Of a stretch of DNA of 64,000 bases, positions 39,369 through 48,600 are shown in pieces; within the stretch, counting starts at the first letter, position 1, and each line of letters starts with the position of its first letter. Made by a program: the position numbers and the translations under genes. The notes under the pieces were generated by a model, which was not told where the DNA came from, did not search any database, and saw nothing but the letters and a program-made list of their open reading frames with translations. The DNA lies in assembly GCA_019058015.1 (NCBI GenBank), contig JAHLWH010000091.1, forward strand, positions 1,241 through 65,240. Direction: 5' to 3'. Source of the DNA: Promethearchaeota archaeon (lineage in GTDB: Archaea; Asgardarchaeota; Lokiarchaeia; Sigyniarchaeales; SOKP01).

Positions 39369-40754
39369 ATGTTAGCAAAAAATAATTTTCCAAAAGAAAA
39401 TAATGTTCTTTTTACTAGAGGTAAATTTGGTTTAAGAATTACTGAAAAATTTGATAAAGTAAAATGTTCTGAAATTTATATTCAAAAAACAGAAAGTTTT
39501 ACAATAGGATTAGAAAAAAATTCCATCAAAGATTGCAATAAATCTGAAAGTTGTGGATTTTCGGTAAGAGTTTTTGATGAGAGAGGGTCATTAGGCTTTG
39601 CGTACGCTAACGATATTTCCAGAAAAATAATCGAAAAAACCATAAATAATGCTGTAAAGATGATGAAAGCTGGACCTCCAAATGATGAATTTAAGGATTT
39701 ACCGTTTCCTAAAAAATCTAATTCTAAAATAACAGGAATTTATGACAAAAACATTAAAGATCTTGATTTTGAAACACCATTCGATTTAATTAAAGATATG
39801 ATAAAAATATCCTCTGAAGATTCCCAAGTTGTAACTCAATCTGGGGATTTTTCCTCTCTTTATACTTATTATTACGTATTTAATTCAAATGGGATTGAAA
39901 TATCCTCTGAAGAAACAGCGGCTTCTTTAACATCATCGATTGTAGTTAAAAATAATAGGAAAGATGAGACTGGAAACGGTTTTCATTGGCAAATAGAAAG
40001 AAAATACAAGGATTTAGACGCAATAAAAGTTGCAAATAAAACACTCCAAATGGCTAAAGTGAATTTAAATAGGATTAAAATTGAAACGATGAATGTCCCT
40101 CTTATATTAACTCCAAAAGGAGTAATCAGTTTAATATTAAATCCAATTGCTTCAGCAATAAATGCTGAAACATTTCAATACAACAGAAGCTTTCTTGTAG
40201 AAAAATTAAATCAAAAGATTGGTTCAGATCTGTTAAATATTGAAGATAATGGTTTAATTAATGGAGCTATAGGGTCTTCAGAATTTGATGCTGAAGGTGT
40301 CCCATGTCAAGATAAAAAAATCTTTGAAAATGGAGTATTTTTATCTTTACTTCATAATAGTTTTACCGCCGGAAAAGATAATGTGGAAAGCACTGGAAAC
40401 GCCCAGAGAAATTCTTTTTCTTCAACACCTAATATCGGTTCAACTAACCTATTCTTCAATTCAGGAGATCATAAAACGCAAGAATTATTTGAAGATATAA
40501 AAATTGGAATTCTCTTAGATTATACTGGTGATTCTCCTAATATAGCAACAGGAGATTTCAGCGGGTTGATCTTAAACGGAAATATTATCCGAAATGGAGA
40601 AATTCAAGAATCACTGAATGAAACAATGATTGGAATTAATCTTATTGATCTTTTTGATCGAATAGAGAAAATATCTTCTGAGCAAGAAGTTTATGGCTCA
40701 AAATATGCTCCTTATGTAAAAATAAGTAATGCTCAAATTTCTGGGTCCAAATAA
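39369..40754 (+). CDS. pmbA: PmbA/TldE-family protein (TldD partner)
   Basis: 461 aa. It starts 2 nt after the tldD stop, lacks the HExxxH motif, and has a conserved C-terminal region (FDAEGVPCQ...GNAQR...ATGDFSG). Confidence 0.75.
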   Translation: MLAKNNFPKENNVLFTRGKFGLRITEKFDKVKCSEIYIQKTESFTIGLEKNSIKDCNKSESCGFSVRVFDERGSLGFAYANDISRKIIEKTINNAVKMMKAGPPNDEFKDLPFPKKSNSKITGIYDKNIKDLDFETPFDLIKDMIKISSEDSQVVTQSGDFSSLYTYYYVFNSNGIEISSEETAASLTSSIVVKNNRKDETGNGFHWQIERKYKDLDAIKVANKTLQMAKVNLNRIKIETMNVPLILTPKGVISLILNPIASAINAETFQYNRSFLVEKLNQKIGSDLLNIEDNGLINGAIGSSEFDAEGVPCQDKKIFENGVFLSLLHNSFTAGKDNVESTGNAQRNSFSSTPNIGSTNLFFNSGDHKTQELFEDIKIGILLDYTGDSPNIATGDFSGLILNGNIIRNGEIQESLNETMIGINLIDLFDRIEKISSEQEVYGSKYAPYVKISNAQISGSK

Positions 40755-40769
40755 TATTAGCCTATATAA

Positions 40770-41309
40770 CTAAATTTCTGTTATATTAAGTTTTATAAAT
40801 AAAATATCAAAATAAATTTCTTTATTGTTTTCAATTTTCCATAATTCAAAAATAATCGATTTATTTTGACCTGTATTAGAAAATGAAATGTTTTGAGCAT
40901 CAGAAATCCATTCATTCCCATGTTGAAGTGTTATATTTGGTAATTTCCTAATTAAGGTACCATTGGATCCTGAATCTTTGTTAATCCATGTATTATTATT
41001 TCCTTTAAAGATATGGATTGAAAAAGAAAAATCTGTCTTTAAATAATTACCTACGGTTGCATATAAGGTAATATTTTTACTTATTTTTACTTGCGTGGGA
41101 TAGTCTTCGGCATATCCTTCTGAATTTAATAAACCGTAGGTATAATAACCTGGCTCAACCTTAATTATTTCATAAATAATAAAACAAGAAATTAGAATGA
41201 TTCCAATTAATAAAATAATTCTGGTGATTTTTACCAGATTTTTCCGTTCTTGATTTGAATTATTATGAGAATTTTTCTCTTTCATATTTTCTTTATTCTT
41301 CATTTTCAA
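40770..41309 (-). CDS. N-terminally anchored extracellular protein (DUF1616 C-terminal-domain-like, tentative)
   Basis: 179 aa with one TM helix (IILLIGIILISCFIIYEII), then YYTYGLLNSEGYAEDYPTQVKISKNITLYATVGNYL. This resembles the extracellular region of archaeal DUF1616 proteins. It overlaps the upstream SDR gene by 17 nt. Confidence 0.35.
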   Translation of the reverse strand: MKMKNKENMKEKNSHNNSNQERKNLVKITRIILLIGIILISCFIIYEIIKVEPGYYTYGLLNSEGYAEDYPTQVKISKNITLYATVGNYLKTDFSFSIHIFKGNNNTWINKDSGSNGTLIRKLPNITLQHGNEWISDAQNISFSNTGQNKSIIFELWKIENNKEIYFDILFIKLNITEI

Positions 41310-42360
41310 TACTTATAAACCATTCAATTGTTTTGTTTAATCCTTCCCCTAACGGAGTAGTGGGTTTCCATTTTATTAATGCTTTTGCTTTTTCTAAAAC
41401 AGGACATCTCCTTACGGGATCATCAATTGGTAATGGTTTAAAAATAATTTTTGAATTGGAATTCGTAAGTTCAATGATGAGTTCTGCAAGTTCTAAAATT
41501 GTTAATTCATTATCATTCCCTAAATTGATAACTTCACCATTTGCAGCATCAAAATGGACTGCTTTTAATAATCCTTCAACTTCATCTACAACGTAAGTAA
41601 ATGACCTAGTTTGAGATCCATCACCAAACACGGTTATATCTTTATCATTAAGTGCTTGATGAATAAAATTAGGTATAACTCTCCCAAATAGAGCACCATA
41701 GCGAATTCTTGGACCATAAGTATTAAAAATTCTAATTATTTTAGCTTGTATTTTATGTTGTAATTCATATGCTTTAATGAATGCCTCACCTGCTCTTTTT
41801 GACTCATCATAACAACTGCGAGGTCCAACAGGATTTACATGTCCAAAGTAAGTTTCAGGTGTTGGCACCGCACTGTCTGGAGGATTCCCATAGATTTCAC
41901 TTGTGCTAGTGTAAAAAAATAATGCATTATGCGCTTTTGCTATACCTAAAGCATTCATTGTTCCCAAAGTGTTACTTTTTAAAATTGATATGGGAAATTT
42001 AGTAAATTCGAATGGCGATGCTCTCGAAGCCATATGCATTACTATATCTATCTTTTCGATATCTCCTACACATATTCCCATTGGATGATTAGTAAGTCCG
42101 AAATATATAGGTTTTGAAATATCATGATTTAAAAATCTAAAATTTTTTGAATTCATTAGATGCTTTATATTATAAAAACTACCAGAGGATAAATTATCTA
42201 AACAAATACAATATGCCCCTTGCTCTATAAGCACATCACAAATCCAAGAACCTAAAAAACCGGCACCTCCTGTTACCAAAATAATTTTTTCATTAAATTT
42301 AATACTTTCTTCTTCTAAGCGTTTAATTATCTCTTGAATTTCGTTTTCATGATTATACAT
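41293..42360 (-). CDS. NAD-dependent sugar-nucleotide epimerase/dehydratase (UDP-glucuronate decarboxylase-like)
   Basis: Rossmann motif VTGGAGFLGSWI, catalytic YDESKRAGE (YxxxK), and STSEIYG. The architecture is that of an extended SDR. Confidence 0.75.
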   Translation of the reverse strand: MYNHENEIQEIIKRLEEESIKFNEKIILVTGGAGFLGSWICDVLIEQGAYCICLDNLSSGSFYNIKHLMNSKNFRFLNHDISKPIYFGLTNHPMGICVGDIEKIDIVMHMASRASPFEFTKFPISILKSNTLGTMNALGIAKAHNALFFYTSTSEIYGNPPDSAVPTPETYFGHVNPVGPRSCYDESKRAGEAFIKAYELQHKIQAKIIRIFNTYGPRIRYGALFGRVIPNFIHQALNDKDITVFGDGSQTRSFTYVVDEVEGLLKAVHFDAANGEVINLGNDNELTILELAELIIELTNSNSKIIFKPLPIDDPVRRCPVLEKAKALIKWKPTTPLGEGLNKTIEWFISIENEE

Positions 42361-42433
42361 AGAAAGTCCCGAAATTTTCCCTTAAATTGTTAATAAAAAT
42401 GTTTTGAAATAAAAAAAGCTTTAGGCTAAAAAA

Positions 42434-43033
42434 TTAAATTGAATTATCCTTTTTTTCTGCACAAAATTGACAATAAATTAGCTCTTTTGGATAATAATTT
42501 CCACAAAATTTGCATTTTATTAGAGAATTTTTTAAAATCTCTTTACCCAGCTTTACAAAGATTGACTCGACATTGTATCCCGTTTTAGAGCTGCATTCAA
42601 TTACTTTTCCCTGAAAATCATATCTACTAAAAAAATTCAAGACATCTTTGTTAGAAAGCTGTCTAATTTCTTCTAAATCAAGTTTGGATCCAATTAATAA
42701 TTTAGTATTGGGAGGATTAGGACTATTATTAATAATCTCAAGCCAATTTTCTAAATCTTCTAATGATTTTCTGTTGGTAATATCATACAAAATTAATGCT
42801 CCCGATGCACCGCTAACATATGACGGAAAAAGGGTTCGAAATTTCTCTTCACCTGCAAAATCCCATATGTTAAGTAAAATCACACTATCTTCCACTACAA
42901 CCTTCTTCGTCTCAAAATCAACTCCTATTGTTGATTGCGTCCCTATATTAAATTTCCCAGTACAGAATCTTCTGATTAAGCTTGTTTTACCTACTGCCTT
43001 TGCTCCCGCAACCACTATCTTAAATTTAATCAA
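42434..43033 (-). CDS. Rab/Ras-like small GTPase with C-terminal zinc ribbon
   Basis: G1 is GAKAVGKT, G2 is STIGVDF, G3 is WDFAGEE, G4 is GSKLD and G5 is SSKTG. The C-terminus is CKFCGNYYPKELIYCQFC (aa 174-191), with no CAAX or CC prenylation motif. Confidence 0.85.
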   Translation of the reverse strand: MIKFKIVVAGAKAVGKTSLIRRFCTGKFNIGTQSTIGVDFETKKVVVEDSVILLNIWDFAGEEKFRTLFPSYVSGASGALILYDITNRKSLEDLENWLEIINNSPNPPNTKLLIGSKLDLEEIRQLSNKDVLNFFSRYDFQGKVIECSSKTGYNVESIFVKLGKEILKNSLIKCKFCGNYYPKELIYCQFCAEKKDNSI

Positions 43034-43154
43034 TGTGAAATTTTAATTTTCTTTTTTTAATACAATTTCGTTATAAATAAATGAAATCAATTAATTTATT
43101 ATTTCTTATTAAAATTGATGAATTTGAAAGAAATTTCTATAATTTGAATTATTT

Positions 43155-45494
43155 CTATTTTGATTTAACTTTATCATTTTGATATTTGAAATTTGCGATT
43201 TTATATATTTCCTGTGCTAATTTCTTTCCAATATTAGGTGTTTCCATTAAGTTTCCAATATCAGCATTGAAAATATCCTTAATTTTATGGAATTTTGATA
43301 ATAACCTTTTTGCTCTTAAATAATTAATCCCCGGAACTCCGGCAATAATAAATTCTAATAACCGAGATATTTTTATTGGTGCTTTTTCAAATCTTAATTT
43401 AAATTCTTGCTTTTTTAAAGATTGTTCTTTCTTAACTAAATGGTATAATGTTTTAGCGGTTTCTCGAGAATCCTTTGTTTGATAGATATAAATACCCATA
43501 TTAATCATAACAGAAAAAATAGCACCATATATAGCATTTTCGCTTAGATTTGAAGAAATAATTGGGTTTTCACCTTCGAGAATTAAGATTGGCCGATAAA
43601 AATTTTGTGATAAGTCTTTTAATTCTTTAAAAAAACGTCCATCTTTTATTGAATCTGAAAAATCTTTAGTGCTTTTTCTTTCAACCCCAACCTTTTTTGA
43701 AATAATATAATCCGCAACTTCCAAATTCTGGAGCTTTATTTGAACTCCATATAAAGATAATGTCCTAACTACTGAAGAGGCTGTTTCACGATTATCCACA
43801 TAAATAGTATAATTTTCTGCTCCTCTTATTGGAGTAATCGATTCTGAATCTAAGTAATTTTCCAAACCATTTTTTTTTTTTTGCTCAATATCTTTGATAA
43901 AATCCATTAAATTCTTTTTCTTTTCATACTTTGAATTTTTCATTCTTATCAAACTCTCTTTCATTTTTTTTTCTTTCGTTAATTCCGCCCAATAATAACC
44001 TTCATCTCGGGTGCCCTTTGCGATTAATATTATTATTTTTCCTGCCTTTTGCCTTCCTGTACGTCCACGTCTTTGAATTGATCGAACAACGCTTGGTGTC
44101 ATATCATAAAAAATTACCAAATCACAATCTGGTATATCAAGTCCTTCTTCACCAACATTAGTCGAGACTAATACATTATAAATTCCTTCCTTAAACTTAT
44201 CAAGTATTTCTAATTGATTTTTCTGAGACATACCCTTATCTCGTCCTTTTGTTTGTTGACCTACAAATTTATGAATTTGAATAACGTCATCTTCACCGAA
44301 ATAATTAATTATATTATTAACTGAGTCTCGATATTGTGAAAAAACTAAAATCCTCGAATTTTCATTTAAAGAAATTTGTTCAGATAATAATTCCTTTAAT
44401 TTTTTCATCTTTGGATGAATTATTCCTTCTGAGATTAGCTTTCGTGTTAAATTAATGGCTTTTTTGAAATCTCGATTTTGAAATAACTCATTAAGTGATT
44501 TTGAACTCTTATTATTTTGAATATTTTCCTCACTTTTGGTAAAATATTGCTCTAGAGCTTTAAGACCCTGCGTCTCCAATAGTTCAATCATATGGGATAA
44601 GCGTAAGGCATTTGCAACCATCTTTTTTGCATTAAACATAGCGAATTTCTCATTATCATCAGTTGTTTGAGAAATTTTTAAATCAATTTCTTTATTTAAT
44701 CCCAGTATTTTTAAACGGGATATGTTTCTGATTACTTCGCTTTCAATTAAGTTCTGATGTTTTAAGAATTTATAAGTTTCTTTTAACTTTTTTTCTAAAA
44801 TATTTAAAATTTCTAAAAAGTCTTCAGGTAAATCAATTTTAATCCATATAATATCAACTTTTTGAATATAAGGTTTGACATCTTCATCCTTCTCTGTCCT
44901 AATCTCGATTTTATCGATAAATAAATTTTCTTTTATTATATTAATTTTCTCTTCAGTCGCCCCTGGACTTGCCGTTATTCCTAAGATTTGTTTATTTCCA
45001 CCAAGACTAATATATTTTTGAGCAATAAACGTATACGCATAATTCCCTACTGCTCTATGACATTCATCAAAAATGATTAAAGAAACATTACTGAGAGAAT
45101 AGTTATTTGAGATTATATCATTAGAAGTAGTTTGAGGAGTTGAAAAAACTATTTTTGCATTTTTCCATAATTCTTTTCTTTTTTCTGGTGATATCGCTCC
45201 TGTAAATACAATGAGTTTCTCATCTGGAATATTAGTAAATTCTGAAAAAATTTTTTTATGTTGTACAACCAGTGGTTTAGTTGGAGCAAGAAACAAAATT
45301 TTCGAATTTTTTTTTTCATTTAATTTATACATAACAAGTAATAACGCAATTATTGTTTTACCTAAACCTGTTGGAATAACAACTAAGCAATTTGAATTAA
45401 TACAATTTATAAAAATATTTTCTTGATATTTTCTTCTAATTAATTTATTTCTTTTTAGAAGTGGATGATTAATATAAATCTTATCTTTATTCAA
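43155..45494 (-). CDS. hef: Hef (helicase-associated endonuclease for fork-structured DNA; XPF/FANCM-like)
   Basis: The SF2 helicase part has PTGLGKT, DECH, TASP and QRRGRTGR. The C-terminal ERCC4 nuclease part has VDNRE...GVERKS..DF, followed by an HhH2 region (GVPGINYLRAKRLL...NIGKKLAQEIY). Confidence 0.85.
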   Translation of the reverse strand: MNKDKIYINHPLLKRNKLIRRKYQENIFINCINSNCLVVIPTGLGKTIIALLLVMYKLNEKKNSKILFLAPTKPLVVQHKKIFSEFTNIPDEKLIVFTGAISPEKRKELWKNAKIVFSTPQTTSNDIISNNYSLSNVSLIIFDECHRAVGNYAYTFIAQKYISLGGNKQILGITASPGATEEKINIIKENLFIDKIEIRTEKDEDVKPYIQKVDIIWIKIDLPEDFLEILNILEKKLKETYKFLKHQNLIESEVIRNISRLKILGLNKEIDLKISQTTDDNEKFAMFNAKKMVANALRLSHMIELLETQGLKALEQYFTKSEENIQNNKSSKSLNELFQNRDFKKAINLTRKLISEGIIHPKMKKLKELLSEQISLNENSRILVFSQYRDSVNNIINYFGEDDVIQIHKFVGQQTKGRDKGMSQKNQLEILDKFKEGIYNVLVSTNVGEEGLDIPDCDLVIFYDMTPSVVRSIQRRGRTGRQKAGKIIILIAKGTRDEGYYWAELTKEKKMKESLIRMKNSKYEKKKNLMDFIKDIEQKKKNGLENYLDSESITPIRGAENYTIYVDNRETASSVVRTLSLYGVQIKLQNLEVADYIISKKVGVERKSTKDFSDSIKDGRFFKELKDLSQNFYRPILILEGENPIISSNLSENAIYGAIFSVMINMGIYIYQTKDSRETAKTLYHLVKKEQSLKKQEFKLRFEKAPIKISRLLEFIIAGVPGINYLRAKRLLSKFHKIKDIFNADIGNLMETPNIGKKLAQEIYKIANFKYQNDKVKSK

Positions 45495-45693
45495 ATTAAT
45501 ATCTCCAAATTTAATTACGTTTTTACTTCTTTATCTTTTGTATTTTATGACACTATTCCCTAAAATTCAAAAATATTTTGATTTTGAGTTAAATTAATAA
45601 TTTATAAGAGAATAGAAAAACAGATTTATTAATTAATTAATAGACTTAATAACAGTTTTTTCTGTAATTTGTTATTCTATAAGTAGTTACTTT

Positions 45694-48600
45694 TTAATTT
45701 TCAGTAAAATACAATAAATCCATAATAGATAAATTATCTGGAATCTTTATACCTAAGACTTTACATTGTTGAATGATATAATTCCTAATTGGTTCAAAGT
45801 TTTTAAAAGTATGAATATAATAGGGGATTTCAACTAAAGTAACATTATTTCCTTTACACCTTTTCCTTTTAATTCTACTATTTGCTAATTGTTTTTCAAA
45901 TTCTTCCCTAGTTTTATGATAATAATTTGGAAATTCATAATGTTGAATCCCATGATATTCAAAAGCTATACTTAATTCTTCACAATATCCATCAAGATGT
46001 AATCTATTGCCTTCTTCATTAATTAACCAATGGGGACTTAATTTTGGAAAATTTTTTTTAAATATTTTCTCAAAATATTCACGACAGTTATTTTCACTAC
46101 GACCATAGGAACATTCTGGACACCAATGACCTTCTGTAACATCATTAGGCTTCATTTCAAATGTATGCCCCTTACTACATTCCCACATTAATTTTGTCCT
46201 ATTATTAATATATATTTTTGAAACACATATCCCCCTTTTATCTAATTTCCTCGCAATTAGTTGCATTCTTTCAATATTTCGTTTATTATATTCTTTTTTT
46301 AAATTATCTAATGCCTCTAAAGATTGTTCTTTATTCTTTCCAGATAATTTTTTATTTATTTTATTTTCTAGTTTTTCAATGGTTATGTTTTTTAAGAATT
46401 TATATGAATGCAAGCATTTATTTACATCAATACTAAATTCTAATCCTAATTCGTAATTGCTAATAAATTTCTTATTTACTTCTCTTGAAAAAGCTGTTGA
46501 TAAAGTATCAAAAAATTTTCCCTCGATAGCATTTGCGTTCTTATCTTCAGAATAAAAAGTATTTAATCTTTCTAGTGTTTTTAAAGCTAACTTCTTATTT
46601 TTTCCCGATAAATTCCTTTCTATAGAGTCAATAAAACATCTTAAACTATCATTAGAAATTTTTGAATTATTTTTTAAAGACCGTGTTATATCTAAATTTA
46701 GAATATTTCCCAATTCCTTATTATTTATGAATCGACTTTTTTCATTAACAAAAGCAACACGTAATACCTCAAAAAATCGACCTTCAAGAGATTTTTCGAT
46801 TTTATCAAAATTTTTTTTCTCTTTTAAAGAATTTAAAAGATCTATAGATTTTCTCTTGACATCTCCAGTTAGATATTTATTTATATTATGTTCTATTTCT
46901 TTAATTGTATCATATCTAATTTTCACATTATACTTGGAACACCGATGTATTATTTGATATATATTTCTTGTTATTTTATTTTTATAACCTAGAACATTTG
47001 AGAAGTTTTTACGAATTTTTTTCAATACATCTAATGTGAGTGAAATATCTTTATTTTCAATATTTTCATTTCTGTTTATGTTAGGTCGCATTTTCTTATC
47101 CGACATAACTTCATTTATATATTCTTTATAAGTTTTTCCTAATTTTTTTTTTAACCATTCACTTCTTATATTTTGGAAATATTTTTCTCTTAACCCTTGA
47201 AATTCACTTAAATTTTTAACATTTACAAAATTAATAGAAACTTCCACCTCTTTTTTTAAAAGAGAATATTTTTCATCAAAAAAATCAAGTAATTTCGATT
47301 TTATAGATTTTTTTTCCTCTGATTTAATAGAATTCAAATAATATTGTTCAATAATATAATTAATTTTTCTCCAATCAATCTTAAGTCCTATATTATTTGC
47401 AATTTCTTGTACTTTATTTATATCTAAATTGCAATACTTCAATTTATAGGCAATAAATTTTTCGATTTCCTTATTTTTATTAATGTTAATACATTTTATT
47501 CTTAAACCATTTTCGACCTTTTTATTATAATTTACCCAATACAAAAATTTTTTTGTAAGTCTTAGACCATAATTAGCATTTTTTTTAAAGATTTTTTCAT
47601 ATTCTATAAATATTTTTTGAACTCCTTTATCCATCAAGTTTGTAAATTCCAATGTTTGTTTTAGTTTAATATCCAATTTCGATATCATTTCTTTTTCGTT
47701 GGTTATATTTTCATTTATGTTTTTAAAATCCGAATTTTCTTTATCTATGATATTTTCTTTTTTATTACAATTAATTTCTTCATTTGTTTTTCCAATTTTT
47801 GAAATCGTTTTTTTCTCCACACTAATAGAATTTTTATCTAATGTTTTATCTGATTTTTTTTCTCTAGGAATATTAATGGGAGTTCCATGTGAGCCAGATA
47901 ATTCTTCAATTTCATTTTCAATCTCTCTATTTTTATAATCATTTGGATGCCCTTCTGTGATTTCGTGTGATTTATTATTATATTCATCTAGAACTTCTAT
48001 TTCTCTTGTCTCCTTTTCCAATTTTTCTTTTTCTAAATTATAAATTTTATTACAATATTCCTGCTCTCTTTCCCGTAAATCCAGAAATTCTTTTTTTAAT
48101 TCTCTATTTTCTTTCCTTAAAATTTGATTCTCTGAAATTTCAGTTTCATCAATATCTTTGTAAATTGACTCTGCGAATATCTTGATCTCTATATTATTTT
48201 CCTTAGCAATTTTCTCAATAGTACCAAAACTTATTTCCAATCCTGTATGTTTTTCATAGTCTGAAATAAATTCTAACGGATTATCCTTATTATAAAGTAC
48301 ATCAATTAAGAATTTATCAAATAAATGTTTCTTGTTTATCAGATCACATTTTTCTAAAAGACTTTCTCTATAATGATCAATGACCCCATCGTCTAATTTC
48401 TCAATGTATTCCTTGAACTCTGGTCTTATTTCTGTACCCTTATTAGCAGATATTTTCTTTTCTATAGAAAACTCTTCTAGATACATCTGCAATATGAAAT
48501 CCCCAAAAACTTCAATAGTTTCTTTTCTATACTCTTCGATTTCTTTTTTAGTAATTCCCTCGTGGACCTCTTCTTTTTCTTTATCATCTATCTTTTCTTT

